This document shows, piece by piece, positions 1-9,213 of a stretch of DNA of 64,000 nucleotides. A model generated the notes under the pieces. That model was not told where the DNA came from. It searched no databases and saw only the letters and a list, made by a program, of their open reading frames with translations. Each line of letters begins with the position of its first letter. The stretch's first letter is position 1. The stretch covers positions 1 to 64,000 of the forward strand of contig CAVSGM010000005.1 of assembly GCA_963727485.1 (NCBI GenBank). Reading direction: 5' to 3'. The position numbers and the translations under genes are program-made. This DNA comes from an uncultured delta proteobacterium. Lineage in GTDB: Bacteria > Myxococcota > Myxococcia > SLRQ01.

Positions 1-616
1 GCTGTCCCGAGCGAGAGATCTTGAACCGAAGCTCCCGCCTCGTCGCTACGAGCGGAGCGAGCCCGGAGAGCTGCTCCACCTCGACGTCAAGAAGCTGGGG
101 CGCATCAAGGGCGTAGGCCACAGGATCACAGGGGTCCGTACCCACCGGAATCGAGGCATCGGCTGGGACTACGTCCACGTGTGCATCGACGACTACAGCC
201 GACTGGCCTACGTCGAGGTGCTCGAGAACGAGAAGGCAGTGACGACCCACGGCTTTCTGCAACGGGCGATCGCCTGGTTTGAGCGGCATGGGATCCAGGT
301 GCGGGAGATCATGACCGACAACGGCAGCCCGTACGTTTCGAGGCTCTTCCGTCACGCCATCAACGAGCGGAGCCTGCGGCACATCCGCACCAGGCCCTAC
401 ACGCCCAGGACCAACGGGAAGGCCGAGCGCTTCATCCAAACGACGCTGCGTGAGTGGGCCTACGCACGCCCCTACACGAGCTCGGCGGAACGAGCGAGAG
501 CCCTCAAGAAGTGGCTACGCCACTACAACCTCAAGCGCCCTCACGGTAGTCTCGACGACAGGCCACCCATCAGCCGCCTCGACCGGGCAGCCTGAACAAC
601 CTGTCGGCACTCCACA
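1..616 (+). mobile_element. IS481-family insertion sequence, 3' part (5' end lies outside the window)
   Basis: The transposase frame runs from the window start to TGA at 595. It is followed by an IS481-type terminus (AACAACCTGTCGGCACTCCACA, ending ...ACA at 616) that abuts CCTAG. Confidence 0.9.
2..595 (+). CDS. IS481-family transposase, C-terminal rve/DDE integrase core (partial)
   Basis: Motifs PGELLHLDVKKLGRI, CIDDYSRLAY, MTDNGSPY, RPYTPRTNGKAERFIQT and YNLKRPHGSL are typical of IS481 transposases. Confidence 0.92.
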   Translation: MSRARDLEPKLPPRRYERSEPGELLHLDVKKLGRIKGVGHRITGVRTHRNRGIGWDYVHVCIDDYSRLAYVEVLENEKAVTTHGFLQRAIAWFERHGIQVREIMTDNGSPYVSRLFRHAINERSLRHIRTRPYTPRTNGKAERFIQTTLREWAYARPYTSSAERARALKKWLRHYNLKRPHGSLDDRPPISRLDRAA

Positions 617-617
617 C

Positions 618-2525
618 CTAGAACCGCGCCTGGAGCACGATGTTGAACCCGAAGATGTTCGGCTCCTCGAAGATCTGCACGGTCTCGCCGGCCTGGGTCC
701 GGACGAAGGTCGTCCGGTTCGGGTCGTACTGGTAGGAGAGCTCGCCGATGACCGCCATGGTCTTGGCCAGGTCCCAGCGCGCGGTGCCCTGGACGGCGAC
801 GATGGGCTGGACGCTCTTGCCCGGGGGCAGGGGGTCGCGGCTGTACTGGTCGCGGACCACCACGGTGCGCTCGCCGGTGAGGGAGATCGGCGGGTTCACG
901 CCCGCCGGGAGCCGCTGGGTGACCACATAGGCCGGCCGCTTCACGCCCACCCGGAGGCCCGGGGTGAGGTGGAGGTTCTCCAGGAAGTGGTCGAAGCCCA
1001 CCGCCGCGAACATCTCCGGCGCCGGCTTCATGCTCGCGGTGTAGGCCTCGTAGGGCACGAAGCTGGGCACGTTGAAGAGGATGAACGACAGGTCCTGGTA
1101 GACGGCGTCGGCGAAGACCCGGTTGTGGCCGAACTGCATGGCGAAGTTGAGGTCCGCGGCCTTGGCCGGCTGGACCACCGTGCTCCCGGCCTTCTCGGGG
1201 TCGGCGAGGGTCTGCGCCAGGTAGGTGAACTCGCTCTTGATGACGTAGTTGACGCCGCCGCCGTACTCCACCGGGCGGAAGAAGCTCTGGTACTCGCCGG
1301 GGACGTTCTTGTAGAGCTGCAGGTCGATGGAGGTGCCCACCGGTCGCCCCACGTGCCAGGCGACCTGCACCGTGCCGCCGCCGGCGGTGGTCTTGGTGCC
1401 CAGCAGCGAGACGTCCTGGGTCTGGAGGGTGCCGCGGGTGAAGTAGCCGCCGTTGGCCTCGACCCGGAGGTTGGGGGTGATGTCGACCCCGGCGCCGGCG
1501 AGGGCCCCCCAGTTGGACACCATCTCGGTGGCCAGCTCCGACTGGTTGACCACGTTCTCGTTGAGGACCGTGCTCTTGGCGCCGACCCAGGCGTACCAGT
1601 GCTTGCGGATCACCTGCACCCGCATGCCGGGGACCGTCTGGATGCTGTGGAGGAAGAAGTCCGAGCCGCCGTAGGTGATGCGGTAGGAGTAGCCGAGGCG
1701 GAAGCGGTCGGAGGTGAGGGGGAAGCCGGTGAAGGAGATCTTCTCCCCGTCCTTCCAGCCCTGGGGGTGGTAGTTGAGGGTCACGTAGCTCGAGGAGTCG
1801 CCGAGGTCCACGCCGCCGGTGAGCGGGTTGACCTGGAGCCGCAGCACCAGCGCCGCCTCGGCGTCGAGGCCGGGGAAGAAGCTCTTGGTGTGCTTGTAGA
1901 GCGCCAGGTGGGTCAGGGTCTCGAAGCCCGTGTCCTTGGTGTCGTAGTTCTCGAAGAAGAGCTTGTTGGCCCCGGTGGCGTGGAACTGCGGACCCGGGCT
2001 GGGCTCCTGGGTCTGGCCGGGCTTCGCCAGGACGTTGTCGTCGGCGAAGACGAAGGTGAGGCGGGTGTCGATGAAGGGGTTGTAGGGGGCCCGGGCCGCC
2101 TCGACGTCGGAGCTGTTGGAGACCTGGATGGCCTCGCCGCCGCCGGCCGCAGCCTGGGTGGCCGGCGCCGGCTGGGTCCTGGCGGGCTCGGCGGCGGGCG
2201 CCTCGGGAGGCGTCTGGGCCTGGGCCGCCGCCGCCTCGGGCGCCGGCGCGGGCTTCGCCTTGGGGGCGGGGGCCGCCTGCGGCTCGGCCTCGGTCTGGGC
2301 GGAGGCCGCCGGGGCCTGGGTGTCCGCGGCCTTGGTCGTGGTGGCCGCGCCGGTCGCCGGCTCCGTGGTGTCGCCCGTGGCCGCCGCCTTGTCGTCCGCC
2401 TGCTTCTTCTTGGCCGGCTTGGCGGTGGCCGTCGCCTCGGCCGCCGGGGTGGACCCGGTCTGCGCGAAGGCGAGGGAGGTGGGGAGGAGGAGGACGGCGG
2501 CGAGGAGAAGACGGAGCGATGGCAT
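618..2525 (-). CDS. Secreted, probable outer-membrane beta-barrel protein with an Ala/Pro-rich N-terminal linker
   Basis: Signal peptide ending LAFA-Q, a low-complexity linker of about 110 aa, alternating beta-strand-like body, and C-terminal FNIVLQARF (terminal Phe, BAM-type signal). Confidence 0.7.
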   Translation of the reverse strand: MPSLRLLLAAVLLLPTSLAFAQTGSTPAAEATATAKPAKKKQADDKAAATGDTTEPATGAATTTKAADTQAPAASAQTEAEPQAAPAPKAKPAPAPEAAAAQAQTPPEAPAAEPARTQPAPATQAAAGGGEAIQVSNSSDVEAARAPYNPFIDTRLTFVFADDNVLAKPGQTQEPSPGPQFHATGANKLFFENYDTKDTGFETLTHLALYKHTKSFFPGLDAEAALVLRLQVNPLTGGVDLGDSSSYVTLNYHPQGWKDGEKISFTGFPLTSDRFRLGYSYRITYGGSDFFLHSIQTVPGMRVQVIRKHWYAWVGAKSTVLNENVVNQSELATEMVSNWGALAGAGVDITPNLRVEANGGYFTRGTLQTQDVSLLGTKTTAGGGTVQVAWHVGRPVGTSIDLQLYKNVPGEYQSFFRPVEYGGGVNYVIKSEFTYLAQTLADPEKAGSTVVQPAKAADLNFAMQFGHNRVFADAVYQDLSFILFNVPSFVPYEAYTASMKPAPEMFAAVGFDHFLENLHLTPGLRVGVKRPAYVVTQRLPAGVNPPISLTGERTVVVRDQYSRDPLPPGKSVQPIVAVQGTARWDLAKTMAVIGELSYQYDPNRTTFVRTQAGETVQIFEEPNIFGFNIVLQARF

Positions 2526-2568
2526 GGGGGAACCCTGTCGGACTTCGGTCTGTGGACGAGCGGCGGGC

Positions 2569-3837
2569 CTAGTGGATCACCACGTCCGAGGGACTACGGA
2601 CGTTGATGATCCACCGCGGGCGCGCGGGCAGGGACTGCGTGAGGTTGCCGGTGGCGTCGAGGAGGATCCCCTGGTTCTTGGGATCCATGGGGTCGAACTC
2701 GGGGAAGCCGTTCTGGGTCAGGAGGTTGATCTTCGGACCCTGGCCCCCGTTCATCGCCACCGACCACTGGCCGTAGGTCTTGAACCCGGAGACCTCGCTG
2801 CAGGAGACGTCCTGGTTGCAGGCGGTCTTGCAGGCGATCTCCTTGCACACGGTGCGCGGGTCGTTCGGGGTGCAGGTGGCGTCGTAGTTGGAGACGCTGC
2901 CGTCCTGGTTGAAGTCGCAGTCGACCCAGTGGGTGGGCGTCTTGACGTTCTTGACGATCACCAGGCCCGACTCCAGGGACTCCATGCCCACGTTGGTGGT
3001 GTCCTCGCCGCAGAGCTGGCCGTTGACGCCGGACCCGGAGGCGGCGCAGATGGCGCTGGTGATCTCCACCGGCGCCGGGACGTCCGCGAGGGCGGTGGGG
3101 ACGTCCTTGCGGGTCCAGCCGGGGAAGCTGATCTGGGTGTCGCCGACGAACTCGCCGATGGTGCCGGTGATCGACGCGATGCGGTCGCCGATCTGAAGCC
3201 CGTCGGGGTAGTTGTAGTTGTAGACGAAGATGTTGGCGAAGTTCCCGGGGAGGCCCGCCAGGGCCGGCTCGCTCCGGTCGGCGATGAAGAAGCCGTCGGC
3301 GGTGATGCCGGTGACGATGAGGTCACCCCGGTCGATGTGGACGAAGTCGCCGTCGAGGGGGGCCACCGTGTTGTCGGTGGTGACCTGCTGGACCTGCCGC
3401 AGCGAGGGGTTCTGGAAGTAGAAGGTCTTGCTGCAGCCGGCGGCGAAGGTGGAGTCCGGGCCCCGGAGGGCGTCGGAGACGCAGAGGAAGCTCCGGCCGT
3501 AGACTCCGGCGAGGTCGGCCTGCACCGTGCCCACGCCGTTGACCAGCTTCACCGACACCTGCTTGAGGCCGTCGACGGTCTGGGCCTCGCCGGGGGTGGC
3601 GTAGACCTTGGCCATGCCGTTGAAGCTGGTGTCGTAGCCGCCCTTGTTGGACATCGCCTTGACGGTGACGTCCACCGGGATCGGCTGCTCCGGGAAGTCG
3701 AGGGGCTGGTCGGCGGTGCCGTGGCTGCCGGTGATCCGCACCTCGAAGGAGCTGGTCTCGGTGGGGAGGCTCTTGTGCTCGACGCAGGCGGGGGCCAGGA
3801 CGAGCGCCGGGAGGAGAAGCAGGGCGAGTCGTCTCAT
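2569..3837 (-). CDS. Lipoprotein with an OB-fold-like (extracellular nuclease accessory) region and Cys-rich segments
   Basis: ATG at 3837 overlaps the upstream stop (ATGA). Lipobox LAPA-C. The segment IVTGITADGFFIAD...IFVY...LQIGDRI..ITGTIGEFVGDTQI and ESLESGLV resembles OB modules of YhcR/ExeM-type nucleases. Confidence 0.65.
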   Translation of the reverse strand: MRRLALLLLPALVLAPACVEHKSLPTETSSFEVRITGSHGTADQPLDFPEQPIPVDVTVKAMSNKGGYDTSFNGMAKVYATPGEAQTVDGLKQVSVKLVNGVGTVQADLAGVYGRSFLCVSDALRGPDSTFAAGCSKTFYFQNPSLRQVQQVTTDNTVAPLDGDFVHIDRGDLIVTGITADGFFIADRSEPALAGLPGNFANIFVYNYNYPDGLQIGDRIASITGTIGEFVGDTQISFPGWTRKDVPTALADVPAPVEITSAICAASGSGVNGQLCGEDTTNVGMESLESGLVIVKNVKTPTHWVDCDFNQDGSVSNYDATCTPNDPRTVCKEIACKTACNQDVSCSEVSGFKTYGQWSVAMNGGQGPKINLLTQNGFPEFDPMDPKNQGILLDATGNLTQSLPARPRWIINVRSPSDVVIH

Positions 3838-6068
3838 TTGGTCACCGACCTGTCGACGATGCGGCGGGAGATCCGGCCGTCCTCCACCCCGATGACGATG
3901 GGGGTGTTCATCGGCGCCCGGCAGAAGGCCTCCATGGAGGCGGTGATGTGTCCGCAGGCCCCGCCGTCGCGGCTGCCCGAGGCGAGCGCGGTCTTCACGT
4001 CCCCGCAGGTGCACTTCCCGGCGGAGGCCGAGTCGGGGTCCTGCTGGATGGCCTCGCAGGCCTTCACCGCCTGGGCGTCCTCGAACTTGCCGTGGCAGAG
4101 GAACGGCTGGGAGAGGTCCGAGGGGGCCGCGGCCAGCACCTGGTCGCAGGTGCAGTAGTTCTGCATGTACTCGATGAGGGCGTCCCGCAGGGAGATCCCG
4201 GTGTCGAACTGGGTGGTGTTCCGCTTGAGCATCACGAAGCCAGACCCGCCGGCGGCGATGTAGTTGTTGGTCGCCACCTTGTAGGAGAAGCTCGGGTCCA
4301 GGGGCTCCTCGACCTCCTTGTTCTGGGTGGCATCGTAGCTCACCAGGCGGACGTCCTTGGCCGGGTGGGCGAAGCAGGTGCCGGCGTTGCAGCTCCAGTC
4401 GATCCCGTTCTGGTCGGTGGGGTCGTAGTTGGGGCAGTCGGAGGGCTGCTGGCACTGGTACTGGTGGGCGTTGGCCACCACCTGCCCGCAGTCCATGGTG
4501 AACTTCACCCCGCTGACCTGGGCCTGGGCGGCGCACCCGCGGCCGGCCGAGCGCCGGGCCACGTAGTCGAGGACCTCCTGCAGCTCGGTCCCCGAGAGAT
4601 ACATGATGGTGATGGTGTTCTCGAAGGGGAACACGTTGAACATCGACTCGAGGTTGATCGGCCCCGGGTAGAGGTTGTCGCGGATGCCCAGGGTGTTGGT
4701 GATCGAGACCTCGGCGTCGACCCGCTTGCGGCGCTGCATCGACTCGGCGGTGAGGTTGCCGAGGCCGCTGTCGCCCTCGGCGCCCGCGGGACGCCGCTGG
4801 ATGAGCTTGGGCGCGTAGGCGAAGATCTTGGGGAGGTCGAGGTCCCGGTTCAGCCCCAGGATGTAGGGGTTGAGCAGCTTGGTGCTCTGGGCGTCCTCGA
4901 GCTTGTCGCACTGGGGCCCGTACTTGGCGATGGCCGCCGCCTGGGCCGCCGGGTTCGACGGGTCGTAGGGCGGCCGGGGGTCCATGCACCACAGCCGGTC
5001 GATGGGGAAGGCGTGGTAGGTGTGCGCCTTGACCTCCCACCCGTGCTCGCCCTTGGGATCCTGGTGGAGGATGAGGTCGAGGCGGCCGAGGTACTTCGCG
5101 AAGGCTCCGGAGTGCTGGATGATGACGTGGCGTCCCTGGCTGTCGGTGACCACGTCCGAGGGGTTCAGGACCACGTGGATGTGGCCGCCCATGATCACGT
5201 CCACCCCGTCGACGCCGGGGATCCAGTACATCCCCACGCCGTTGCCCAGGTCCTCGACCTTGTGCCAGGGCTTGTCGCTGCGGGTGACGAAGCGCTGGGC
5301 GACGCTGTCCTTCACCGCCCGGGCGTAGCCGACGATGGTGTCCTGGTCCTCGGTGAGCCCGAGGTGGGAGAGCACCACCACCAGGTCGACCTGGGGCTCG
5401 AGGAACTGCACCCACTTGCGCAGGGCCTCGTTCTGCTCGAGGGGCACCACCATCATCGAGTTGCCCTCGGCGACGATGGAGTTGAGGCTCGAGATGTTGG
5501 CCATCCCGATGACCCCGACCTTCAGCCCCTTCACGTTGAGGATGGTGTAGGGCTGGCTCACCTTGGCGAGCGGCACCACCCCCGGCAAATCGGGGTTCCT
5601 GAACTTGTAGTTCGCCGCCAAGAGCGGGTAGGTCGCGTGCTGGCTGATCTGCCAGAAGAGGTTCCAGGGCCCGGCGTCGAACTCATGGTTGCCGATGACC
5701 ACCGCGTCGGCGCCCACCAGCGACAGCCACTTGATCTCGGCCTCGCCCAGGTTCTCGTTGAAGATCGGCGCGCCCTGGAAGCAGTCGCCCGAGTCCAGGT
5801 GGATCACCCGGTCGCTCTTGTCGCGCTCCATCCGGATGAGGCCCGCCAGCCGGGCGACGCCCCCATAGGGCCCGGCGATGGGCGAGAGCCCCAGGTTCCG
5901 GTCCGTCAGGTTCGGCTGCATGTCGTAGGGCAGCAGCCGGCTGTGGATGTCGGCGGTATGGAGAATGGTCAGGCGGACGTCCTGACCGTCGAGGTTGGGT
6001 TGGTCCTGCTGCACCACGCAGCCTGCCGAGAGCAGCAGGACCACCGCCGCCGAAGTGAGGTAGCGCAC
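3834..6068 (-). CDS. Lipoprotein 5'-nucleotidase / bifunctional metallophosphoesterase (UshA-like)
   Basis: Lipobox LSAG-C. Calcineurin-like metal motifs D-x-H (ADIHS), DSGD, GNHE, SHLG and GGHIH. C-terminal 5'-NT domain with NTLGIR, FPFENT, QVSG and NNYIAAGGSGF. Confidence 0.92.
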   Translation of the reverse strand: MRYLTSAAVVLLLSAGCVVQQDQPNLDGQDVRLTILHTADIHSRLLPYDMQPNLTDRNLGLSPIAGPYGGVARLAGLIRMERDKSDRVIHLDSGDCFQGAPIFNENLGEAEIKWLSLVGADAVVIGNHEFDAGPWNLFWQISQHATYPLLAANYKFRNPDLPGVVPLAKVSQPYTILNVKGLKVGVIGMANISSLNSIVAEGNSMMVVPLEQNEALRKWVQFLEPQVDLVVVLSHLGLTEDQDTIVGYARAVKDSVAQRFVTRSDKPWHKVEDLGNGVGMYWIPGVDGVDVIMGGHIHVVLNPSDVVTDSQGRHVIIQHSGAFAKYLGRLDLILHQDPKGEHGWEVKAHTYHAFPIDRLWCMDPRPPYDPSNPAAQAAAIAKYGPQCDKLEDAQSTKLLNPYILGLNRDLDLPKIFAYAPKLIQRRPAGAEGDSGLGNLTAESMQRRKRVDAEVSITNTLGIRDNLYPGPINLESMFNVFPFENTITIMYLSGTELQEVLDYVARRSAGRGCAAQAQVSGVKFTMDCGQVVANAHQYQCQQPSDCPNYDPTDQNGIDWSCNAGTCFAHPAKDVRLVSYDATQNKEVEEPLDPSFSYKVATNNYIAAGGSGFVMLKRNTTQFDTGISLRDALIEYMQNYCTCDQVLAAAPSDLSQPFLCHGKFEDAQAVKACEAIQQDPDSASAGKCTCGDVKTALASGSRDGGACGHITASMEAFCRAPMNTPIVIGVEDGRISRRIVDRSVTK

Positions 6069-8221
6069 TACTGGACCACGTCAGCGGCGTCGCGGGGGAG
6101 GACGCTGTAGTAGGGAGCGACGGTGCCGGCGGTGTTGCCGTCGTAGTAGTCGACCACGCCGGTGATCGAGGTGAGCTGCTCGGCCGCGGTGGCGGGGTAG
6201 GCGAAGATCCCCGGAGCGACGGTGGCCGCCTTGGTGTCCACGGTGAACCCGTAGGTGTTGGCGGCGGCGTCGACGGTCATCTTGGCGCTGGTGCCGTCCT
6301 TGGTGAGGGTCACCAGCACGCCCTCGTAGGGCTCCATGCCGTTGGTGTCGCCCTGGACGGTGCCCGCGAAGTCGGCCTCGGTGACTGGCGCCGCGGCCGG
6401 CATGGTGCCGGTGCTCACGCTCTTGAGGGCCAGGAGGTTGAGCTCGGAGAGGTGCTTGTACTCCGAGTAGGTGGCGATGAGGTTCACGGCGCTGCCCTGG
6501 GTGACGCTGGAGACGTCGAGCCCGCCGCCGTTGTAGACGTAGATGCCCGACCACTGACCGCCGGCGGGATCCTCGATGTAGAAGTGGACCTTGCCGTTGC
6601 TGGCCGGGGGCTTCATGGCGGTGACGATGGCGCCGTCGATCTCGACCACGGTGCCGGTGGCCACATGGTTGGCGTCGGCGGCGTTCTGGATCTGGGGGAT
6701 GGTCACGACCGAGGGCTGGGCGAAGGTGCCGGCGAAGTCGTCGGCGGACCGGGGCTCGAGGATCCACCCGTGGTTCCAGTGGAGGATGCCCACCAGCTTG
6801 TCGAAGTGGTCGCCGGTGATGAAGAAGCCGACGTTGAAGAGCAGGCCGCCGACCTTGAGGCCGCCGGTGACCGTGGCCTCGCCGTAGGAGTCGGTGGAGG
6901 CGGTGACGTCGGTGTTGTCGACCTCGACCAGGACCCCCTCCCAGGGCTCGGCGGTGGCCTTGGTGGCGAGGTTGGCGCCGGTGTCGACGTGGGCCGCGGG
7001 GACGGCGCCGGTGCCGGTCTTGGTCACGCTCTTGAGGGTGATCTCCGAGACCGAGTCGGTGTCGCCGGTGGCGGTGTACTCGGTGTAGGTGCCCGTGAGG
7101 TCGACCAGGTCACCCACGGCCATGGCGCTCATGTCGGCGCCCACCGCGTTGTAGACGTAGATGCCCGACCACTGGCCACCGGCGGGGTCGCCGACCACGA
7201 AGTGGACCCGGGCCTTGCTGTCGGGCGCCGCCAGGGCGGTGATCACCGCGCCGGAGATCTTGACCACCGTGCCCGCCGCCGGGTGGCCGGAGGCGCTGGC
7301 GTCCTGGATCTGCTCGATGGTGACGGCCACGGCGGAGGGGTGGGACCCGTCGGCCAGGGTGATGTCCTCGTTCATCCGGGGCTGCAGCCGCTCCAGCGAG
7401 TAGGTGAAGTCGAGGATGCCCACGATGGACTTGAGGCTGTCGTTCAGCGCCGGCACGTAGTCGGTGTTGAAGAGGTTGCCGGCGTCGAGGACCCCGTCGA
7501 GCTGGTAGTCGCCGTGGGGGTTCCCGTCGCTGCCGAGCACCGCCGGGTCGGTCACCTTGACGTTGGCCACCTCGACGAGGACGCCGGTGTACTGGTTGCC
7601 CGAGGCGTTGTTGCCCGAGCCCACCGCGGTGCCGGCGGTGGTGGCGTCGAGCTTCACCGCCGCCGGGAGGGCCACGCCGCTTGCGGTCTTGTTCCAGGCG
7701 GTGGGGTTCGAGAGCTCGTTCTTGCCGTAGTAGACCTTGTAGGTGGCGGTGACGTCGACCTGGTCGCCGACGGCGGGCTCGGTGGAGAGGCCCACGACCT
7801 GGATGCCGCTGTAGGGCCCGCCGGCCTGCTCCTCGATCCAGGCGTCCCAGTAGGCGGCGCCGGTGGTGGAGTTGTGCTGGAGCAGCACCGCGGTGACGAT
7901 CTCGTTCTTGACCTGCACCACGTCACCGCTGGCCGGGTGCTTGGCGGCGGTGAGGTCGTTGATGTCGGGGATGGTCAGGGCGCTGGAGGTGCAGGCCGGG
8001 TCGCTGGCGCACTTGGCGTCGTTGCAGTCGGTGGCCCCGTTGTTGTCGTTGTCCTTGCCGTCGGAGCAGCTCCCGGGGTTCGAGGGACCCTCGATGCCGG
8101 GGGTGCCGCCATCGGTGCCGCCGTCGGTGCCGTTGTCGTTGCGGTTGCCGCAGCCCGTCTGGAGGACCAGCAGGGGAACGGCGAGGAGGAGCGCGGAAAG
8201 GAGGGAGGTGCGGCTGCGCAT
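6068..8221 (-). CDS. Surface lipoprotein with a Cys/Asp metal-binding motif and three tandem ~200-aa OB-fold-like repeats
   Basis: Start MRSRTSLL...QTG-C (lipobox), then CSDGKDNDNNGATDCNDAKC. Three repeats begin LTIPDIND / VTIEQIQD / VTIPQIQN, each with GG(P/Q)(Y/W)SGI(Q/Y)V and (Y/W)(T/E)GVLV. The stop overlaps the nucleotidase start. Confidence 0.75.
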   Translation of the reverse strand: MRSRTSLLSALLLAVPLLVLQTGCGNRNDNGTDGGTDGGTPGIEGPSNPGSCSDGKDNDNNGATDCNDAKCASDPACTSSALTIPDINDLTAAKHPASGDVVQVKNEIVTAVLLQHNSTTGAAYWDAWIEEQAGGPYSGIQVVGLSTEPAVGDQVDVTATYKVYYGKNELSNPTAWNKTASGVALPAAVKLDATTAGTAVGSGNNASGNQYTGVLVEVANVKVTDPAVLGSDGNPHGDYQLDGVLDAGNLFNTDYVPALNDSLKSIVGILDFTYSLERLQPRMNEDITLADGSHPSAVAVTIEQIQDASASGHPAAGTVVKISGAVITALAAPDSKARVHFVVGDPAGGQWSGIYVYNAVGADMSAMAVGDLVDLTGTYTEYTATGDTDSVSEITLKSVTKTGTGAVPAAHVDTGANLATKATAEPWEGVLVEVDNTDVTASTDSYGEATVTGGLKVGGLLFNVGFFITGDHFDKLVGILHWNHGWILEPRSADDFAGTFAQPSVVTIPQIQNAADANHVATGTVVEIDGAIVTAMKPPASNGKVHFYIEDPAGGQWSGIYVYNGGGLDVSSVTQGSAVNLIATYSEYKHLSELNLLALKSVSTGTMPAAAPVTEADFAGTVQGDTNGMEPYEGVLVTLTKDGTSAKMTVDAAANTYGFTVDTKAATVAPGIFAYPATAAEQLTSITGVVDYYDGNTAGTVAPYYSVLPRDAADVVQ

Positions 8222-8362
8222 CGGGACCACCTTTGCGAGGGCGCCGCTTGAGGACGCCCGCATTTTCCTGATTGACCGGTGGGACCGGCCGGCGTTGCGG
8301 ACTCGGAGCCTATCCACATGGGGTAGGGCCGCCAGGGCGAACCTCCCCTTTGAAGGCGGCGG

Positions 8363-8392
8363 AGAATAGGCGGCCGAAAGCGGGGGAGTCAA
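8363..8392 (-). promoter_or_regulatory. Putative sigma70 promoter for the nucleotidase cassette
   Basis: Minus strand TTGACT-N18-TATTCT, about 140 nt upstream of the ATG at 8221. Confidence 0.55.
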
Positions 8393-8460
8393 TCCATCGG
8401 GGACGGACGGTAAGGTGACGTTCCGGTGAACCGATTCCGCGCCCGAAAGGATGGGTCGAA

Positions 8461-9145
8461 ATGCCCCAGGTGACCGAGATCGAGATCGTCGCGGATCACA
8501 CGGGCGGGGCCGAGGCGCCGCGCTTCCTCCGCCTTCGCCAGCTCGTCTGTCGCGACCACCGCGCCGACGGCTCGCGCTCCCGGGACTACCCGGTGGAGGT
8601 CGTGGATCGGCCCCGCCTCGACGCGGTGGCGGTGGTGGTGTGGCGGCGCCCGGGCCCGGGGGCGGCCCCGGAGATCCTCCTCCGGGACTGCCTGCGCCCG
8701 GCGGCGTTCTTCCGCCGGGACGCCGACCCGCCGCTGGCCGATCCCCGGGTCTACCGGGTGGTGCCCGAGAATCGTCGCCGGGGTCCTCGAGGCCGACGAC
8801 CGGGGCGAGGCGGGCCTCTTCCGCCGGGCCGCCCTCGAGGTCGCCGAGGAGGCGGGCTTCGAGGTCGACCCGGGCGACGTCGTCTCCCTGGGGGCGCCGT
8901 TCTTCGTGGCCCCGGGCATCCTCTCGGAGAAGATCCACCCGGTGGCGGTGGAGGTGACCGGCCGGCCGCCGCACCCGCCCCGGGGCGACGGGTCGCCCCT
9001 CGAGGAGGACGGCCGCCTCACCTGGGTGACCCTCCCGGCGCTTCTCCAGGCGTGCCTCGAGGGGACGGTGGAGGACGCCAAGACCGAGGTCGGCGCCCAT
9101 CGCCTGGCGGCCCGCCTCGCCGCCGACACTGGGGACGCCCCCTGA
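8461..9145 (+). CDS. NUDIX hydrolase (ADP-ribose pyrophosphatase-like), split by a +1 indel near 8770
   Basis: Removing one A from GTGCCCGAGAATCGTC restores VPEIVAGVLEADDRGEAGLFRRAALEVAEEAGFEV (Nudix box), continuing through PGILSEKIH and VEDAKT to TGA at 9145. Confidence 0.75.
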
Positions 9146-9213
9146 TGGTTGCCGGCCCGCGGACCCGCGACTATTCTCCGCGGCTCCGAACCGTTTACAC
9201 GGGAGCCACACAC

